NCBI GenBank assembly: GCA_963847185.1
Contig: CAWJYV010000007.1
Span: 128,001-192,000 of the forward strand
Length of the DNA: 64,000 nt
DNA from: an uncultured Methanosarcinaceae archaeon
Lineage (GTDB): Archaea; Halobacteriota; Methanosarcinia; Methanosarcinales; Methanosarcinaceae
Reading direction: 5' to 3'
Shown here: in pieces, positions 19,368-30,606 of the stretch
Layout: the number at the start of each line of letters is the position of its first letter
How positions within the stretch are numbered: position 1 is the first letter of the stretch
Program-made: the position numbers and the translations under genes
The notes under the pieces: generated by a model
The model's database searches: none
Told to the model about the DNA's origin: nothing
Seen by the model: only the letters and a program-made list of their open reading frames with translations

Positions 19368-20462
19368 TCAAACCTCTTTTTTTGCAGCTTCAAAAGCTCT
19401 GATAACTTTTTCATTTTGTTCTGAAGTTCCGACTGTTACCCTTATGAAAGTATCTCCCGCCTCTCTGAAAGAATCACATGAACGTACGATTATTCCTTTT
19501 CTCATTAGATTTTCGGCGACTACTTTTGCTTTCAAAGGGGCAACATCTACAAGCACAAAGTTTGCTTGAGATGGATAAACCTTAAAGGGAATTTTTTCTT
19601 TAAGATATTCTCTACCCTTCCTTGTAATCTCTATACTCTTTCTAAGATGATCGGTATCCGAAAGGGCAGCTATTCCTGCCTTTAAAGCCGGAAGACTTAC
19701 GGAAAAAGGTGTTGCTGCTCGTATATACTCTTTTACGAGCCATTCAGGCATAATTCCGTAGCCCAGACGCAGGCCGGCAAGCCCGAATGCCTTGGAAAAG
19801 GTTCTGCCAATGACAAGGTTGTCATATTTCCTTACAAGCCCTGAAAGGTTCCTGTCCGCAAACTCTACATAAGCTTCGTCAACAAACACAAGGGCTCTGG
19901 TATTTTCAAGGATTTTTATGAGGTCAGCTTCCGGAATAAGATTTCCTGATGGGTTATTGGGTGAGCAAAGGAAAATTATTTTTGTTCGGGAAGATTCAGC
20001 CTCCAGAACCTTTTCAGGGTCAAGAGAGAAATCCGGGCTCCTCCTGACAAAGATCGGCTTTCCTCCACACGCCCTGGCTGGAAGTTCATAATAGGAAAAG
20101 GTAGGAGTAGGAACTATTACCTCGTCTCCCTTCTCAATTATTAGCCTGCAAAGTCCATCAAGCAGTCCGTCCATTCCAGGTCCAGATGCTATGATGTTCG
20201 AAATCGGAAAACCTGTATATTTAGAGAGGCCTTCTCTAAGTTCAATAGCATCTGCTGATGGATAGATATTTGCTAAAGGGGCTGCATCGACCAGAGCCTG
20301 AACAGCTTTCGGAGAAGGTCCCAGGGGGTTTTCATTTGAGCCAAGCTTGATAACAGCAGCAGGATCAAGTCCATAGGCAGAAACTATCTCTTCAATAGAT
20401 TTTCCGGGAACGTACTCTGCAATATCGAAAATTTCTTTTTTTATCAGTTCAGGCCTGCTCAA
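19368..20462 (-). CDS. hisC: histidinol-phosphate aminotransferase
   Basis: [20 protein letters not shown] and [15 protein letters not shown] motifs; exact start uncertain (20462 or 20471). Confidence 0.93.
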   Translation of the reverse strand: MSRPELIKKEIFDIAEYVPGKSIEEIVSAYGLDPAAVIKLGSNENPLGPSPKAVQALVDAAPLANIYPSADAIELREGLSKYTGFPISNIIASGPGMDGLLDGLCRLIIEKGDEVIVPTPTFSYYELPARACGGKPIFVRRSPDFSLDPEKVLEAESSRTKIIFLCSPNNPSGNLIPEADLIKILENTRALVFVDEAYVEFADRNLSGLVRKYDNLVIGRTFSKAFGLAGLRLGYGIMPEWLVKEYIRAATPFSVSLPALKAGIAALSDTDHLRKSIEITRKGREYLKEKIPFKVYPSQANFVLVDVAPLKAKVVAENLMRKGIIVRSCDSFREAGDTFIRVTVGTSEQNEKVIRAFEAAKKEV

Positions 20463-21648
20463 GCACATCAACTACCGTATCTATCTGCTCTTTTGTAATC
20501 ACAAGTGGAGGGACGAGGCGAAGCACTGAGTCCGAAGTACAATTTACAAGTACTCCGTTTTCCCTTGCAAAATCTACAAATTTGCTACAGGGGTACTTGA
20601 TTTCGACTCCAATCATGAGCCCCCTTCCGCGGACTTCCACAATATCATCCCTATTCATATTCCTGAGTTTTTCCGTAAAATAAGCTCCTATTTCTATTGA
20701 ACGCTTCAAAAGTTCCTCTTCCTTTATCGCCTTAATTGAAGCAAGGGCTGCTGCACAGGCTAAAGGCCCTCCTCCAAAAGTGGAAGCATGCTGTCCACGT
20801 CCGAAGCTTATTCCTTCCCTTGCTGCGATAGCACCCAGTGGAAAACCTCCTCCTATCGCCTTTGCCATACTCATAATATCAGGTTCTACTCCGAACTGTT
20901 CTTTACAAAACCATGTGCCTGTCCTTCCAAAGCCTGTCTGCACTTCGTCAAATATGAGGAGAGTTCCGGTTTCGTCACAGATTTCCCTGACCTCTTTAAG
21001 GTATTCGGGATTCGGTATGTTTACTCCACCTTCTCCCTGAATAGGTTCGAGGATTACTGCCGCGGTATTTTCTGAAATTGCATGCCTGATCGCATCGACG
21101 TCGGAATATGGGACAAAGCTCGTTTCAGAGCTTACAGGAGGCATGAAAGGATCTCTGTACATGCTTTTGTGGGTAACACTGAGTGCTCCTATAGTCCTGC
21201 CATGGAAGGAATGTTCAGCTGCTACAAAAGCGCTTTTACCCGATACTGTACGCGCAAGTTTCATTGCAGCTTCCACGGATTCAGCTCCCGAATTACAGAA
21301 AAAAACACGTTCCATCCCCGTAATCGAAACCAGAGCTTCCGCAAGTTCGGCCTGAATGTCGGTATAGTAAAGATTAGAAACATGCATCAATTTCTCAGCT
21401 TGAGTCTGGATCGCCCTAACGACTGTTGGGTGACAGTGTCCAACATTATTTACTGCAATTCCCGCAACGCAGTCGATATATTCCTTTCCGTAAATATCCT
21501 GAACAAGTGCTCCACTACCTTTTGAAAGTACAAGAGGCTGCCGTCCATAAGTCTGCATTACATATTTTGAATCTTTTTCTATAACTGAATCATACATTGT
21601 TTTTGGATCCCTGGAGCCTTCCATTTTTTCTATGATTTCTTCTATCAA
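20449..21648 (-). CDS. argD: acetylornithine aminotransferase
   Basis: [33 protein letters not shown] and AKAIGGG motifs. Confidence 0.93.
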   Translation of the reverse strand: MIEEIIEKMEGSRDPKTMYDSVIEKDSKYVMQTYGRQPLVLSKGSGALVQDIYGKEYIDCVAGIAVNNVGHCHPTVVRAIQTQAEKLMHVSNLYYTDIQAELAEALVSITGMERVFFCNSGAESVEAAMKLARTVSGKSAFVAAEHSFHGRTIGALSVTHKSMYRDPFMPPVSSETSFVPYSDVDAIRHAISENTAAVILEPIQGEGGVNIPNPEYLKEVREICDETGTLLIFDEVQTGFGRTGTWFCKEQFGVEPDIMSMAKAIGGGFPLGAIAAREGISFGRGQHASTFGGGPLACAAALASIKAIKEEELLKRSIEIGAYFTEKLRNMNRDDIVEVRGRGLMIGVEIKYPCSKFVDFARENGVLVNCTSDSVLRLVPPLVITKEQIDTVVDVLEQA

Positions 21649-22052
21649 TTGAAACCCTTCCTGAAATCTATGATTAAACTGATTTTAAGCTGATCTGAAG
21701 TTTAACGGTGAAATTTTGGATTATTTTAAATTCTATGCCTAATATGGAAGTTTAAACAGACTGAAAGTCAATATATTATCTCAAAACATTCCTTTGAGGA
21801 TTTAATAAGTTTATCAGTTGAAACTTTTCTATGTCCTTCTAAAATCCAGATAATTCCCTTATACTCTAAGAATCTTACTGATCCTTCAAAAAAGAAAATT
21901 CTCTTCTACGCTTATTTACTAAGGAATATGGGAATTTTCCTATGAACAAATCAGGATTTAAGAAAGAATAGGATATTTCAGGTAGCAAGTGGCTAAAGAA
22001 ACATATAAAGAAAACCCCGATTTTGCAGGCTTGAATCAAGCAAGGGTTTGGA

Positions 22053-23192
22053 TTAACTCCCGTGTTCTCCTGCTTCATGCCTTCGTCTTAATCTTCTCAC
22101 TCCGCCGGTGCGCCGTGTCCTTCCTAACGCCATGGTCCTGGCAGACATTTCTCCTTTGCCCGGTACAAAACCGTTTTTAGCTTTTGCGTTTGTTTTGATG
22201 AGTGAGTTTATCTCAATCAAGTTTGGAGATTTCAGGAGCTCTTTTTGAGATCCATCTTCCTTTATTTCTCTTGGAATCACTTTCCCCAGAGCATTAACTT
22301 CTGCAAGAACGGGCTTTTCTCCAGCATCCCTTAAGAAAGATACTCCTGAAGGAGCCTTTATAGTGCCGTCTACCCTTGCATTTTCGCGCAGTAAAACAGA
22401 GTCAGCTTTTATTCCCCCGAAGACTCTGCTGTTTCGGCCAATGTCTACCTTTCCTTTTGAAGATAGGTTCCCGTAAACAGTGCTATTGTCCCCTATACTG
22501 ATATTGCTTTCCGAATAAACGCTTCCCTTCAGGATCAGGTTTTTTCCTGCTTCTATTGTCTGTGCCCGGATCCTTCCTATTAGTAAACAATTACTCCCAA
22601 TAAAGGCTTCTCCGGCAACTTCGATGGCTTCAGGGGAAATCTTCGTGTCAGCAGGTATGATTAATATCTTTTCAGCAGGTTCTTTTCCTTCAAGGTCCTG
22701 GCTGTCCTCAGAATCTTCAAAAAGTTCTCCCAGAGCTTTTTCTATTTCTTCATCTTTTCCAAGGCGCATCATTTCTCTGATGTAAAGAAATAAAAATATA
22801 ATTACAGGAACCGGATTTCTGACCAGGATCCATCCCTTGGCCTCGAATCCCCCTTTTATCTTAACTTCTTTTCCTACATCCAGATCTCCTGCTACGGACA
22901 GTTTCCCATCTATGGTTACAAATTCTCCCAGATAGGCATTTCTACCGACTTCAACTCTGCTTCCCAGTTTGGACCACATGTCAATCCTGGCATCGGAACT
23001 GGCCACTATATCTCCGGAAACGGTCACTCCTTCTCCTATAATTACCGTTTCCCCCAGTATCCCGTATTCAATACTGGAGTGATTGCCGACAATAACATCT
23101 CCCTCGACTACAATCCTATTTGCTTCTATTCTGGTGTTGTCGGGAATGAGCAGGTTTTTTAGAATCTGTTCTGGCTCTGGAATAATTCTCAC
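22053..23192 (-). CDS. beta-helix / polymer-forming cytoskeletal (bactofilin-like) protein
   Basis: Two runs of [VI]xGx[VI] repeats separated by an acidic linker; Arg-rich C-terminus. Confidence 0.6.
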   Translation of the reverse strand: MRIIPEPEQILKNLLIPDNTRIEANRIVVEGDVIVGNHSSIEYGILGETVIIGEGVTVSGDIVASSDARIDMWSKLGSRVEVGRNAYLGEFVTIDGKLSVAGDLDVGKEVKIKGGFEAKGWILVRNPVPVIIFLFLYIREMMRLGKDEEIEKALGELFEDSEDSQDLEGKEPAEKILIIPADTKISPEAIEVAGEAFIGSNCLLIGRIRAQTIEAGKNLILKGSVYSESNISIGDNSTVYGNLSSKGKVDIGRNSRVFGGIKADSVLLRENARVDGTIKAPSGVSFLRDAGEKPVLAEVNALGKVIPREIKEDGSQKELLKSPNLIEINSLIKTNAKAKNGFVPGKGEMSARTMALGRTRRTGGVRRLRRRHEAGEHGS

Positions 23193-23586
23193 TCTCCGGA
23201 GAAACTGTTACCTGCCTTTCTGGTGTAAGGGTTTCAGGGGACAATTTTGGGAATGATTTTGTTGTATTTCTTTATTCTATGAACGATAATCCAATCAAAA
23301 GTTACTATCTATAATATATTCTTATTCATTTTCTCCGTTCACTAGAAGAATATTTGAACAATATCAATAGCATTATATTATATCTGACTATATGTAAATT
23401 TGTGTAAGATTTAAAAATATCTCCTATCTTCATGCATATTTTTTAAGACTTATTCCGCCTTATCCGGTCTTCTTACTTACTTCTTTTATTAATTGCTTTT
23501 CACTTACTTTCTAGCCTGCTTGTTTTTTACTTATTTTCTTTTGTCTGCATTACTCAAAAATTATTTTTTTGAATCATCTGGTTTAT

Positions 23587-24066
23587 TTATTCCTTTTTCG
23601 AAGCAATCCCTACCCTTACATCCACAGCCGCTCCACTGTCAAGAGCCAGGATTTCAGCAGGGGAAAGAAGCAGTTGCCCGGTTGCAAGCAATCTGTCAGC
23701 TTCATCTGTCACAAGTACTTCTTCTCCGGCTCGAAGTTCCGGATCAATTTCAACCACATGTTTTATGAAAGCCGTTTTACCTTTTTCGACAAAAGGAGCA
23801 GCTTCTTCTGAAATAACAACTCTGAGCTTTTTTTCAGGTAATAGTCTGTGGATAACGGAAGCTCCCTCGATACTGAGAGTAAAAAAACCGTCCTTTGCCC
23901 TCGCTGTAGCTATGCGTTTTCCTGAATGAAAGACCTGACGTACCCTTTTTGTCCTGGACAACTGGAATGTTGCTCCTTCAGGGAAAAGCACTTTTCCAAT
24001 ACCTTTCCCAAACTGGTAATCTGCAATCATTCGGACTCTGGCAAGTCTTTCTCCATCACAATTCAT
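23587..24066 (-). CDS. stand-alone PUA-domain protein resembling the C-terminal part of archaeosine tRNA-guanine transglycosylase
   Basis: IADYQFG...LFP, DGFFTLSIEGA and DPELRAGEEVLV...LLATG motifs. Confidence 0.75.
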   Translation of the reverse strand: MNCDGERLARVRMIADYQFGKGIGKVLFPEGATFQLSRTKRVRQVFHSGKRIATARAKDGFFTLSIEGASVIHRLLPEKKLRVVISEEAAPFVEKGKTAFIKHVVEIDPELRAGEEVLVTDEADRLLATGQLLLSPAEILALDSGAAVDVRVGIASKKE

Positions 24067-24380
24067 AAGGGTAGGTAATATATGCAGACCTTAAATCCAT
24101 TCCGGTTGTTACGATCTTTCTGTGCCAGGCAAGGATACTCCTATAATTCTATTATTCGAAAGAAATAATAAAATATTTATATCTGGTGTATTTTAAGCAA
24201 TATCTATCAGGCGAGTACCAAGTTTAGTAGTAATAATATAAAAATAAAATCTTACCTTTATTTAACAGGACTATAATCCAGCAATCTATGAAAATATTTC
24301 TTATTTAGTTTGTATTAAATTCTACTGGCTGAACTCTCTACTTAATGAATCGTATTTTCAAAAAACAGGTCGAGGATTGT

Positions 24381-25502
24381 GTGATTCGAAAAAACGTATC
24401 CCTTGATGAAGCTCACCTTCAGAAGCTCCAGCCCCTTCTGGATAAACACAGAGGGAATTTGAGTGCAGCAGTAAGGGAAGTAATTGAACTGGTCAGCCTT
24501 GGCCTTGAAAGCCATGGAACTCCTGAGGAAATGGCTAAAAATCTAAAAATAGAGAAGCACTTTTCCCAGACAAAGGAACAGCTTATTACTAGTGGGGAGT
24601 GTATACTGATAAATCAGCAGGTGATGAAATGGCTTGTGAAGAGCTGTGCTGGCAGACTTATGGATGAAGACGTTGTTCATGGTCTGATCAATCCTTACCT
24701 TATCACCACAATCCCTGAACTGGTAGAATATCTCAACTCCATTAGTAAAAAGATGGGTTGGAGAATTGAAGTCTCTGGTCCTTATAGAGAAGGGCATGGA
24801 AATGGGCCCCTATTCATGGACTTTACTGGTGGAGATAGGGATTTTCGTGAATTTCTTGTAGAAACTGTCTGTATTTTTCTTTCACGCTGGATGAATCTGG
24901 ATGTTGAAGCTTTACATCGGAAGTCCAATTCGATTACTGTCTACTTAAAGAGTTTTATCAGGCATGACTCGCATGAAGTTCCTCCCGGATTAAAGAAATA
25001 TTTTGGTTCTAAAGATCTCCTTTACAGGGAAATTGAACAAAAACCTGATTTCTGGATGACACTTGGGGAACTATATCAAAAATTCAATTACCAGAGGGTA
25101 AATCTGGATAAAGACCTTTTTGAGGCTCTTGTTGCAGGTAAAGTTCCGGACATTTCAAAATATTTTGAAATTAAAGCTGACCGTTCCCTTCGTGAACTTG
25201 AGCTCTCTGAATTACTTCCGCTTTTCAAATACCTTGTAATGGCTTCCAATCTTGTTAATGACGTGGAGATATGCACTGAAAAAGGAAAAGAAAAAATAAA
25301 AATTCGGCATGATTATTCCGATGAAAGAGTCATCACAAAGTTGATTCAGTTATTTTCCAATGTTTTTAATTCTGGATGGCATAAATTCAGTGTAAGTTCT
25401 GTGTCGGAACTCATAATATTTGATTTTTCTTTCCCTGAAATTTTGGACCCTGAAATCCTGGATGAAAATATTAAAATATTTTCACTTGATCAGGAAGTTT
25501 AA
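24381..25502 (+). CDS. uncharacterised protein with N-terminal RHH-like motif, paralogue 1 of 3
   Basis: IRKNVSLDE...GNLSAAVREVI; start placed at GTG 24381 after GAGG. Confidence 0.8.
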   Translation: MIRKNVSLDEAHLQKLQPLLDKHRGNLSAAVREVIELVSLGLESHGTPEEMAKNLKIEKHFSQTKEQLITSGECILINQQVMKWLVKSCAGRLMDEDVVHGLINPYLITTIPELVEYLNSISKKMGWRIEVSGPYREGHGNGPLFMDFTGGDRDFREFLVETVCIFLSRWMNLDVEALHRKSNSITVYLKSFIRHDSHEVPPGLKKYFGSKDLLYREIEQKPDFWMTLGELYQKFNYQRVNLDKDLFEALVAGKVPDISKYFEIKADRSLRELELSELLPLFKYLVMASNLVNDVEICTEKGKEKIKIRHDYSDERVITKLIQLFSNVFNSGWHKFSVSSVSELIIFDFSFPEILDPEILDENIKIFSLDQEV

Positions 25503-25630
25503 TAAAATAACAGCTATAATATATATAGCTATTGCGTAAGTAGCATGTGATTTACACATAATATTTACTTAATCAAAATCCATTTCACTATCTAATTATT
25601 TGTAAAAGCTCTCTTAAAAAGTGGAGATAA

Positions 25631-26683
25631 ATGATTCGTAAAAACGTTTCCATGGAAGATGAATATATTCAAAAACTACAGCCTTTTCTGGACAAAAATA
25701 GCGGAAACTTGAGTGCTGCAATAAGGGATGCAATAGAACTTGCAGATGCTGCTCTTAAGGGACACGAATCTATAGAAGATGCAGTAAATTCTTTTTCGGG
25801 AGGTTCTACGAAATATCCTGCAGTCCGCAATAGTCTGGTTGAGAGTGGAGAATGTATTCTTATAAGCCAGCTTTCTTTCAGGTGGCTGATTCAGAATACT
25901 GATGGAATTCTTGTTTCTGACGAGCTAGTAAGTGAGCTTTTCAATCCCTATAGGATAAAAAGTATTTCAGATCTTCTTGAATACTTTAATCAACGTAGTC
26001 AGAATCTGGGTTGGGGAATTGAAGCCTCAATTAGCAAGTGGGAAGAAGAAAATACTGATATAATAGTGCTTGAGCATGGGGACCCTAATTTACGGGCTTT
26101 TCTTGCTGAATTACTCTCGCTATTCCTTGGACGCTACCTGAACTTTGACGTTTCTTTTGTCCATCACAAATCCAATTCCATCCGGATTTTTCTTAAAGAA
26201 TACAAGTCTGATACTGATATCCCTCCAGGAATTCGAAAAAACTTCGGGATCCTTGATTCTACTTTCAAAGAAATAAGAAGCAGGCCGGATTTCTGGACTT
26301 CTCTTGTTGAAAGATACAGGTTGCACAGATATGAGAGAGTGAATCTTAATAGGGATGTATTTGAGGTATTTCTCTCAGGTGAGATTCCGGAAATAACAAG
26401 CTTTTGCGAAGCATCTGCAGGTAAACCTATTAAGGAAATCCCCTTCAGTGAGTTGTTAATCATTTGTAAAAGATTAGTCTCAATCACCCAGCTTGCAAGT
26501 GATATTGAAATTACTATTGAAGGAGGGAAAAATTATTTGAAAATTAGACATCAATTTTCCAACGAAAAAGTCATCCTCAAATTGGTTGGACTTTTTTCAA
26601 AACTATTCCAGACAGCAGGATATCTCTTCAAAGTCAAGACCGTGTCAAATCTTATTATCTTTGAGTTTGCAGAAACCTGTTAA
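25631..26683 (+). CDS. uncharacterised protein with N-terminal RHH-like motif, paralogue 2 of 3
   Basis: MIRKNVSMED...GNLSAAIRDAI; shares NPY, GW, RPDFW and RH blocks with its neighbours. Confidence 0.8.
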   Translation: MIRKNVSMEDEYIQKLQPFLDKNSGNLSAAIRDAIELADAALKGHESIEDAVNSFSGGSTKYPAVRNSLVESGECILISQLSFRWLIQNTDGILVSDELVSELFNPYRIKSISDLLEYFNQRSQNLGWGIEASISKWEEENTDIIVLEHGDPNLRAFLAELLSLFLGRYLNFDVSFVHHKSNSIRIFLKEYKSDTDIPPGIRKNFGILDSTFKEIRSRPDFWTSLVERYRLHRYERVNLNRDVFEVFLSGEIPEITSFCEASAGKPIKEIPFSELLIICKRLVSITQLASDIEITIEGGKNYLKIRHQFSNEKVILKLVGLFSKLFQTAGYLFKVKTVSNLIIFEFAETC

Positions 26684-26993
26684 ATACAAGTTTAAAATAC
26701 ATTTATTTTCTAATATTTTTGGAAGTTTATCAGCTTTTAATTCTTCAAACATATTTTATATTTTGGCCATGTTTTGTTTTTTATTCAAAGTTCCCATCCT
26801 CTTCGTTTATACTTATTTTTGATCTATTGATATCTTTTTTCTTTTTTATTTTTTGTTTACTCTCCTTTGAGCATATATTTTTCACCTCCTAGTCTAGCAA
26901 AATAATTAAGAAGTATGAGCTCCAATTTAGTATCTGGTTTACGAAAATCAAAATGTTTGCGAAGTGAGGAAGCTTTAAGTTCCTCATTATTTC

Positions 26994-28130
26994 ATGGCAG
27001 AAGAGGGAGTTCCCTTGATAGTCCGAAAAAATATCTCCATTGATCAGTCTTATGTAGATAAATTAAAACCCTTTCTGGAAAATAATAATGGGAACTTAAG
27101 CGCAGCAATAAGGGACGCTATCGAAACTGCCTCTCTGGCGTTGGAAAGGAAAACGGGTGAAAATGGAGAAAAAGATACAGGTAAAGCTTCACAGAAAGCA
27201 GAATTTCGGAACAAATTAATTGAGGAAGAAGAATTTTTGCTTATACATCATACTCTTTTTGAATGGCTTATTGAGAAAACTTCAGGGTTATTGATTGATG
27301 AATCTATTGTGTACGAACTGATCAACCCTTATAAGGTTAAAAACATTTCCGATATTGTCAGTCACTTAAATGTACTTAACGAGAAAATGGGTTGGAAAGT
27401 CAAAGTTGACGCAGAGTGTAATAAGGACTTTGAGCCTGAAGATGCAAACCTTACTCTCTCAAACGGCAACCCCTGTCTCAGGGTTATGATGGCTCATACT
27501 TTAGCTCTTTATATGGCAAAGCAGATGAAACTGGATGTCCAGGGCTTGTTTTGCAGGTCGAATGTAACAAAAGTCTATTTTAAACGTTTCGAATTTCTTA
27601 ATTACCAGAAGATCCCCAGGGGGCTTGAGGAACACTTCGGGCCAATGGAAAACACTTTACGGGAAATCCAGAAAAGACCAGAGTTCTGGAAAAATCTCAT
27701 CAAAACATACAGGCAGCAGAACTATCAGCGGCTCAGCATGAACAGAAAGATTTTCGAAGCTTTTGTTTCCGGGAATATCCCTTCCGCAACTGACATGGTA
27801 AGAAATTTCGAATTAGTTGTAGGCAAACCTCCTGAGATTTTCACCCTTGCCGAGCATATCATGATTTTTAAAGAACTTTATCTTACAGAAGGCATAGGAA
27901 CTGATATTGAAATTTGCACGGAAAAAGGTAGTGAATATGTCAAATTGATTCATGATTATTCTGATAGTAAAGTCTGTGAGTATATTACAACATATTACTC
28001 AAATTTTTTCAAGTCGATTGGTTATCCTTTTACAACTACCACCAACCCTCACATGATAGTGTTCGAATTCAAAAAGGGTTTGAGTTTCACCTCTGTTTCT
28101 GAATCCGGAATAATGGGTATGGAGTCTTAA
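26994..28130 (+). CDS. uncharacterised protein with N-terminal RHH-like motif, paralogue 3 of 3
   Basis: VRKNISID...GNLSAAIRDAI; INPY, MGW, RPEFW and EICTEKG blocks. Confidence 0.8.
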   Translation: MAEEGVPLIVRKNISIDQSYVDKLKPFLENNNGNLSAAIRDAIETASLALERKTGENGEKDTGKASQKAEFRNKLIEEEEFLLIHHTLFEWLIEKTSGLLIDESIVYELINPYKVKNISDIVSHLNVLNEKMGWKVKVDAECNKDFEPEDANLTLSNGNPCLRVMMAHTLALYMAKQMKLDVQGLFCRSNVTKVYFKRFEFLNYQKIPRGLEEHFGPMENTLREIQKRPEFWKNLIKTYRQQNYQRLSMNRKIFEAFVSGNIPSATDMVRNFELVVGKPPEIFTLAEHIMIFKELYLTEGIGTDIEICTEKGSEYVKLIHDYSDSKVCEYITTYYSNFFKSIGYPFTTTTNPHMIVFEFKKGLSFTSVSESGIMGMES

Positions 28131-28196
28131 CTTTTCAAATTCCAGATCTTTTAGTAGATAGATACATTCATATTCTGAAGTTTCTTATCCCTTTTC

Positions 28197-28763
28197 ATGA
28201 GTGACGTAATTTTGCTCTGGGACAGCCCTCTCCTTTTTGAAAAATTGTTTGTGGAATATAAGCTTGAATGTAGCCGTGCACTCTCAACATCTCTTGGCAC
28301 TCCTTATCTTCCTGCATGCAAAGTTCTTGTCTTGCCTACAGGTTTTGCAAATAAGCAGTATACGAAAACCGGTGTAGGGCTTGAACGCGGCAAACGTTCC
28401 CTTGAAAAGTTTGTGACAAAAGGAGGAACTCTGCTCATTTTCAGTCCTCTTGTTCCAGAATACGAATACGAATGGCTTCCTTTTTCTCTGAAATATGTAA
28501 TGGAAGAGAACCAATGCACACCTCGACCCGTGGGCGAACACGATGCCCAAAAGCTTATGGGAAGTATAGTCCCCCCTGCAGGTTGTGACGGTTACTTTGC
28601 AGAAGCAGATGCTGATGTGGTGCTTAAGGATAATGAAGACAGACCCATTATGGTCGTAAAAGAAATAGGGGAAGGAATGATTGTTGCGACCACGATACAT
28701 GAACTGCCTGCAGCTGAGTTCTTTGAGTGCAGGGTTGCATGTACAAAAAAAGTGAAACCCTGA
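28197..28763 (+). CDS. hypothetical protein, class I glutamine amidotransferase-like fold
   Basis: VLVLPTGF, LEKFVTKGGTLLIF and IGEGMIVATTIHE patterns. Confidence 0.65.
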   Translation: MSDVILLWDSPLLFEKLFVEYKLECSRALSTSLGTPYLPACKVLVLPTGFANKQYTKTGVGLERGKRSLEKFVTKGGTLLIFSPLVPEYEYEWLPFSLKYVMEENQCTPRPVGEHDAQKLMGSIVPPAGCDGYFAEADADVVLKDNEDRPIMVVKEIGEGMIVATTIHELPAAEFFECRVACTKKVKP

Positions 28764-28895
28764 AATCAAAATTTTTTTGCTGAAAGTTTTTGAATTATAC
28801 GGAAGTAAAAAAGCCAAATAAAAGTCATGAGCATATGGATATAAAGAAAACACCAGGGAAAACAAACGGTTGGTAGTAACCTCTATTGTTAGCCC

Positions 28896-29198
28896 TTACT
28901 GAATTTTTTTTACGTTTTTATCCTTCTTATAATTCTCCCTAAGTCTTTTTATTTCTTCTGCATCACTTTTTAGCCTGATCACAAAAAAACCGAAACAGGG
29001 TTTTGTAAACTGAAATATAATATCGTTTCCTGAAAAGCCTACAGGAGCAGTTGTACCAAGCAGGATGAAACCTTCTACTTTATATCCACCAGGCACCAAA
29101 TACACGTCCTCAGAGAGTCCTTTAATAAAATCTTCACACTCCTTAGGGGTTATATTCTTCAGGATAATCTCATACTTGTATCCTCTTAAGCATACCAT
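28896..29198 (-). CDS. DUF1894 family protein
   Basis: YEIILKNIT, PGGYK and FTKPCFG; paralogue of 30123..30503. Confidence 0.75.
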   Translation of the reverse strand: MVCLRGYKYEIILKNITPKECEDFIKGLSEDVYLVPGGYKVEGFILLGTTAPVGFSGNDIIFQFTKPCFGFFVIRLKSDAEEIKRLRENYKKDKNVKKIQ

Positions 29199-29667
29199 TT
29201 TTGTGCCTTTTGCGCTTTTTTATATCAGCTCCAAAATATTCTGATAAATGCTAGTACATGTGAAGTAATGGACAATTTAATTTACAAGTTAAAATATAAA
29301 AGAATATATATTTAGATGTTTCATTCTGAAAAAGGATAGAAAGGTTGTAGAGATTTTAATCAACCAAATCATTTTTACAGTATTCTGTTTATGTTATCTG
29401 GAATACGTGCAGGAGTAAAGATTTAATCTGGAAGACTAATCAGTTTTAAGACTGATGTCAACAATTTATATATTAAATTGCTGATAATTTAAGCGCGGTT
29501 AAAGCCAGCCCTAGAAGGATTGAAACTCAGACCTGTGGAAAACATCGAACAAGAAAATTGTCTATGTTTCAAGGATTTCCGTCGAATATCAATTGCAAAA
29601 GTTGGCTAGGGATAACTCTATCCATCCTTACAGATACTTATTAATAGAATATTCAGAGATGAAATAT

Positions 29668-30126
29668 ATGATCGGCGTAAAAGTGCTCCTTATGTTGGGA
29701 TGTCCCGAGGTTCCAATTCAAACCAGCATTGCTCTGTATCTTTCCCATAAGCTGAATAAATCAGGATTTGATGTAACTGTTGCTGGGAATGATGCCGTAA
29801 CCAAGCTTTTGAAAGTTTCCGATATCGACGGTTATTATGTAAAGAAAATGGTTAATCTCGATAAAACCTTAGAGGATATTATTGAGAAAAGATTCGATTT
29901 CGACATTTGCTTTGCCTTTATGCATAACGATTCAGGAATGACTTTTGCAACAACAATGAGTGCCATTTCTCAGGCCAAAATGTACTCTGTAGTTTTTGGC
30001 AGGAATGCTGAGGCTCTAGCAGAAGCCATTGAGTTTGACTGCGTGAAAATAGTTGCAAAAGATGTTCATAACCCCACTCGGCTCAAGAATAAGCTGGATA
30101 AGTTGATAGAGGAGATAGTTAAATGA
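29668..30126 (+). CDS. DUF1890 family protein
   Basis: LLMLGCPEVPIQT, FMHND and HNP motifs. Confidence 0.78.
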   Translation: MIGVKVLLMLGCPEVPIQTSIALYLSHKLNKSGFDVTVAGNDAVTKLLKVSDIDGYYVKKMVNLDKTLEDIIEKRFDFDICFAFMHNDSGMTFATTMSAISQAKMYSVVFGRNAEALAEAIEFDCVKIVAKDVHNPTRLKNKLDKLIEEIVK

Positions 30127-30503
30127 GCTGTATTGAGCAGATGAAATATGAGATCCTTCTGGAAAGGATAAGCTTCAAAGAGTCCAGAGAATATATTGAG
30201 AAAAATTCGGATGAGGTTTACTATGTACCTCCCGGATACAAGATCTTCAAGGACTACTACATAATAGGAATACCGCCAATTGCTGTGGGAACTAAAGGTA
30301 ATGCTCTGATTTTTCCTTTTACAAAACCCTGTCATGGAAGCTTTGTTCTGAGTATAGAAAATGAAGACAGCATTAAAGAGATCAATCGGCTTAGAGAGAC
30401 AGAGAAGGAGAAGGGGCCAGTCTCGTTAAAGAGGGACAAATCTCCTGAAAGTCCCAAGGCGCCTTCAGCCAGTTATCAGGATTTATGGAAAAATGAGGAT
30501 TAA
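30123..30503 (+). CDS. DUF1894 family protein
   Basis: MSCIEQMKYEILL...PGYK...FTKPCHG; ATGA overlap with the DUF1890 gene. Confidence 0.78.
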   Translation: MSCIEQMKYEILLERISFKESREYIEKNSDEVYYVPPGYKIFKDYYIIGIPPIAVGTKGNALIFPFTKPCHGSFVLSIENEDSIKEINRLRETEKEKGPVSLKRDKSPESPKAPSASYQDLWKNED

Positions 30504-30606
30504 GAAGCCAGACGCAATTGAAATCACATAAGATAATTTCAAGAGAGGGGAAAAGGTCTTACCCTCCCCTTTAAATTGGCTTCTAAAATTGATTTTTTAT
30601 GCTTTC

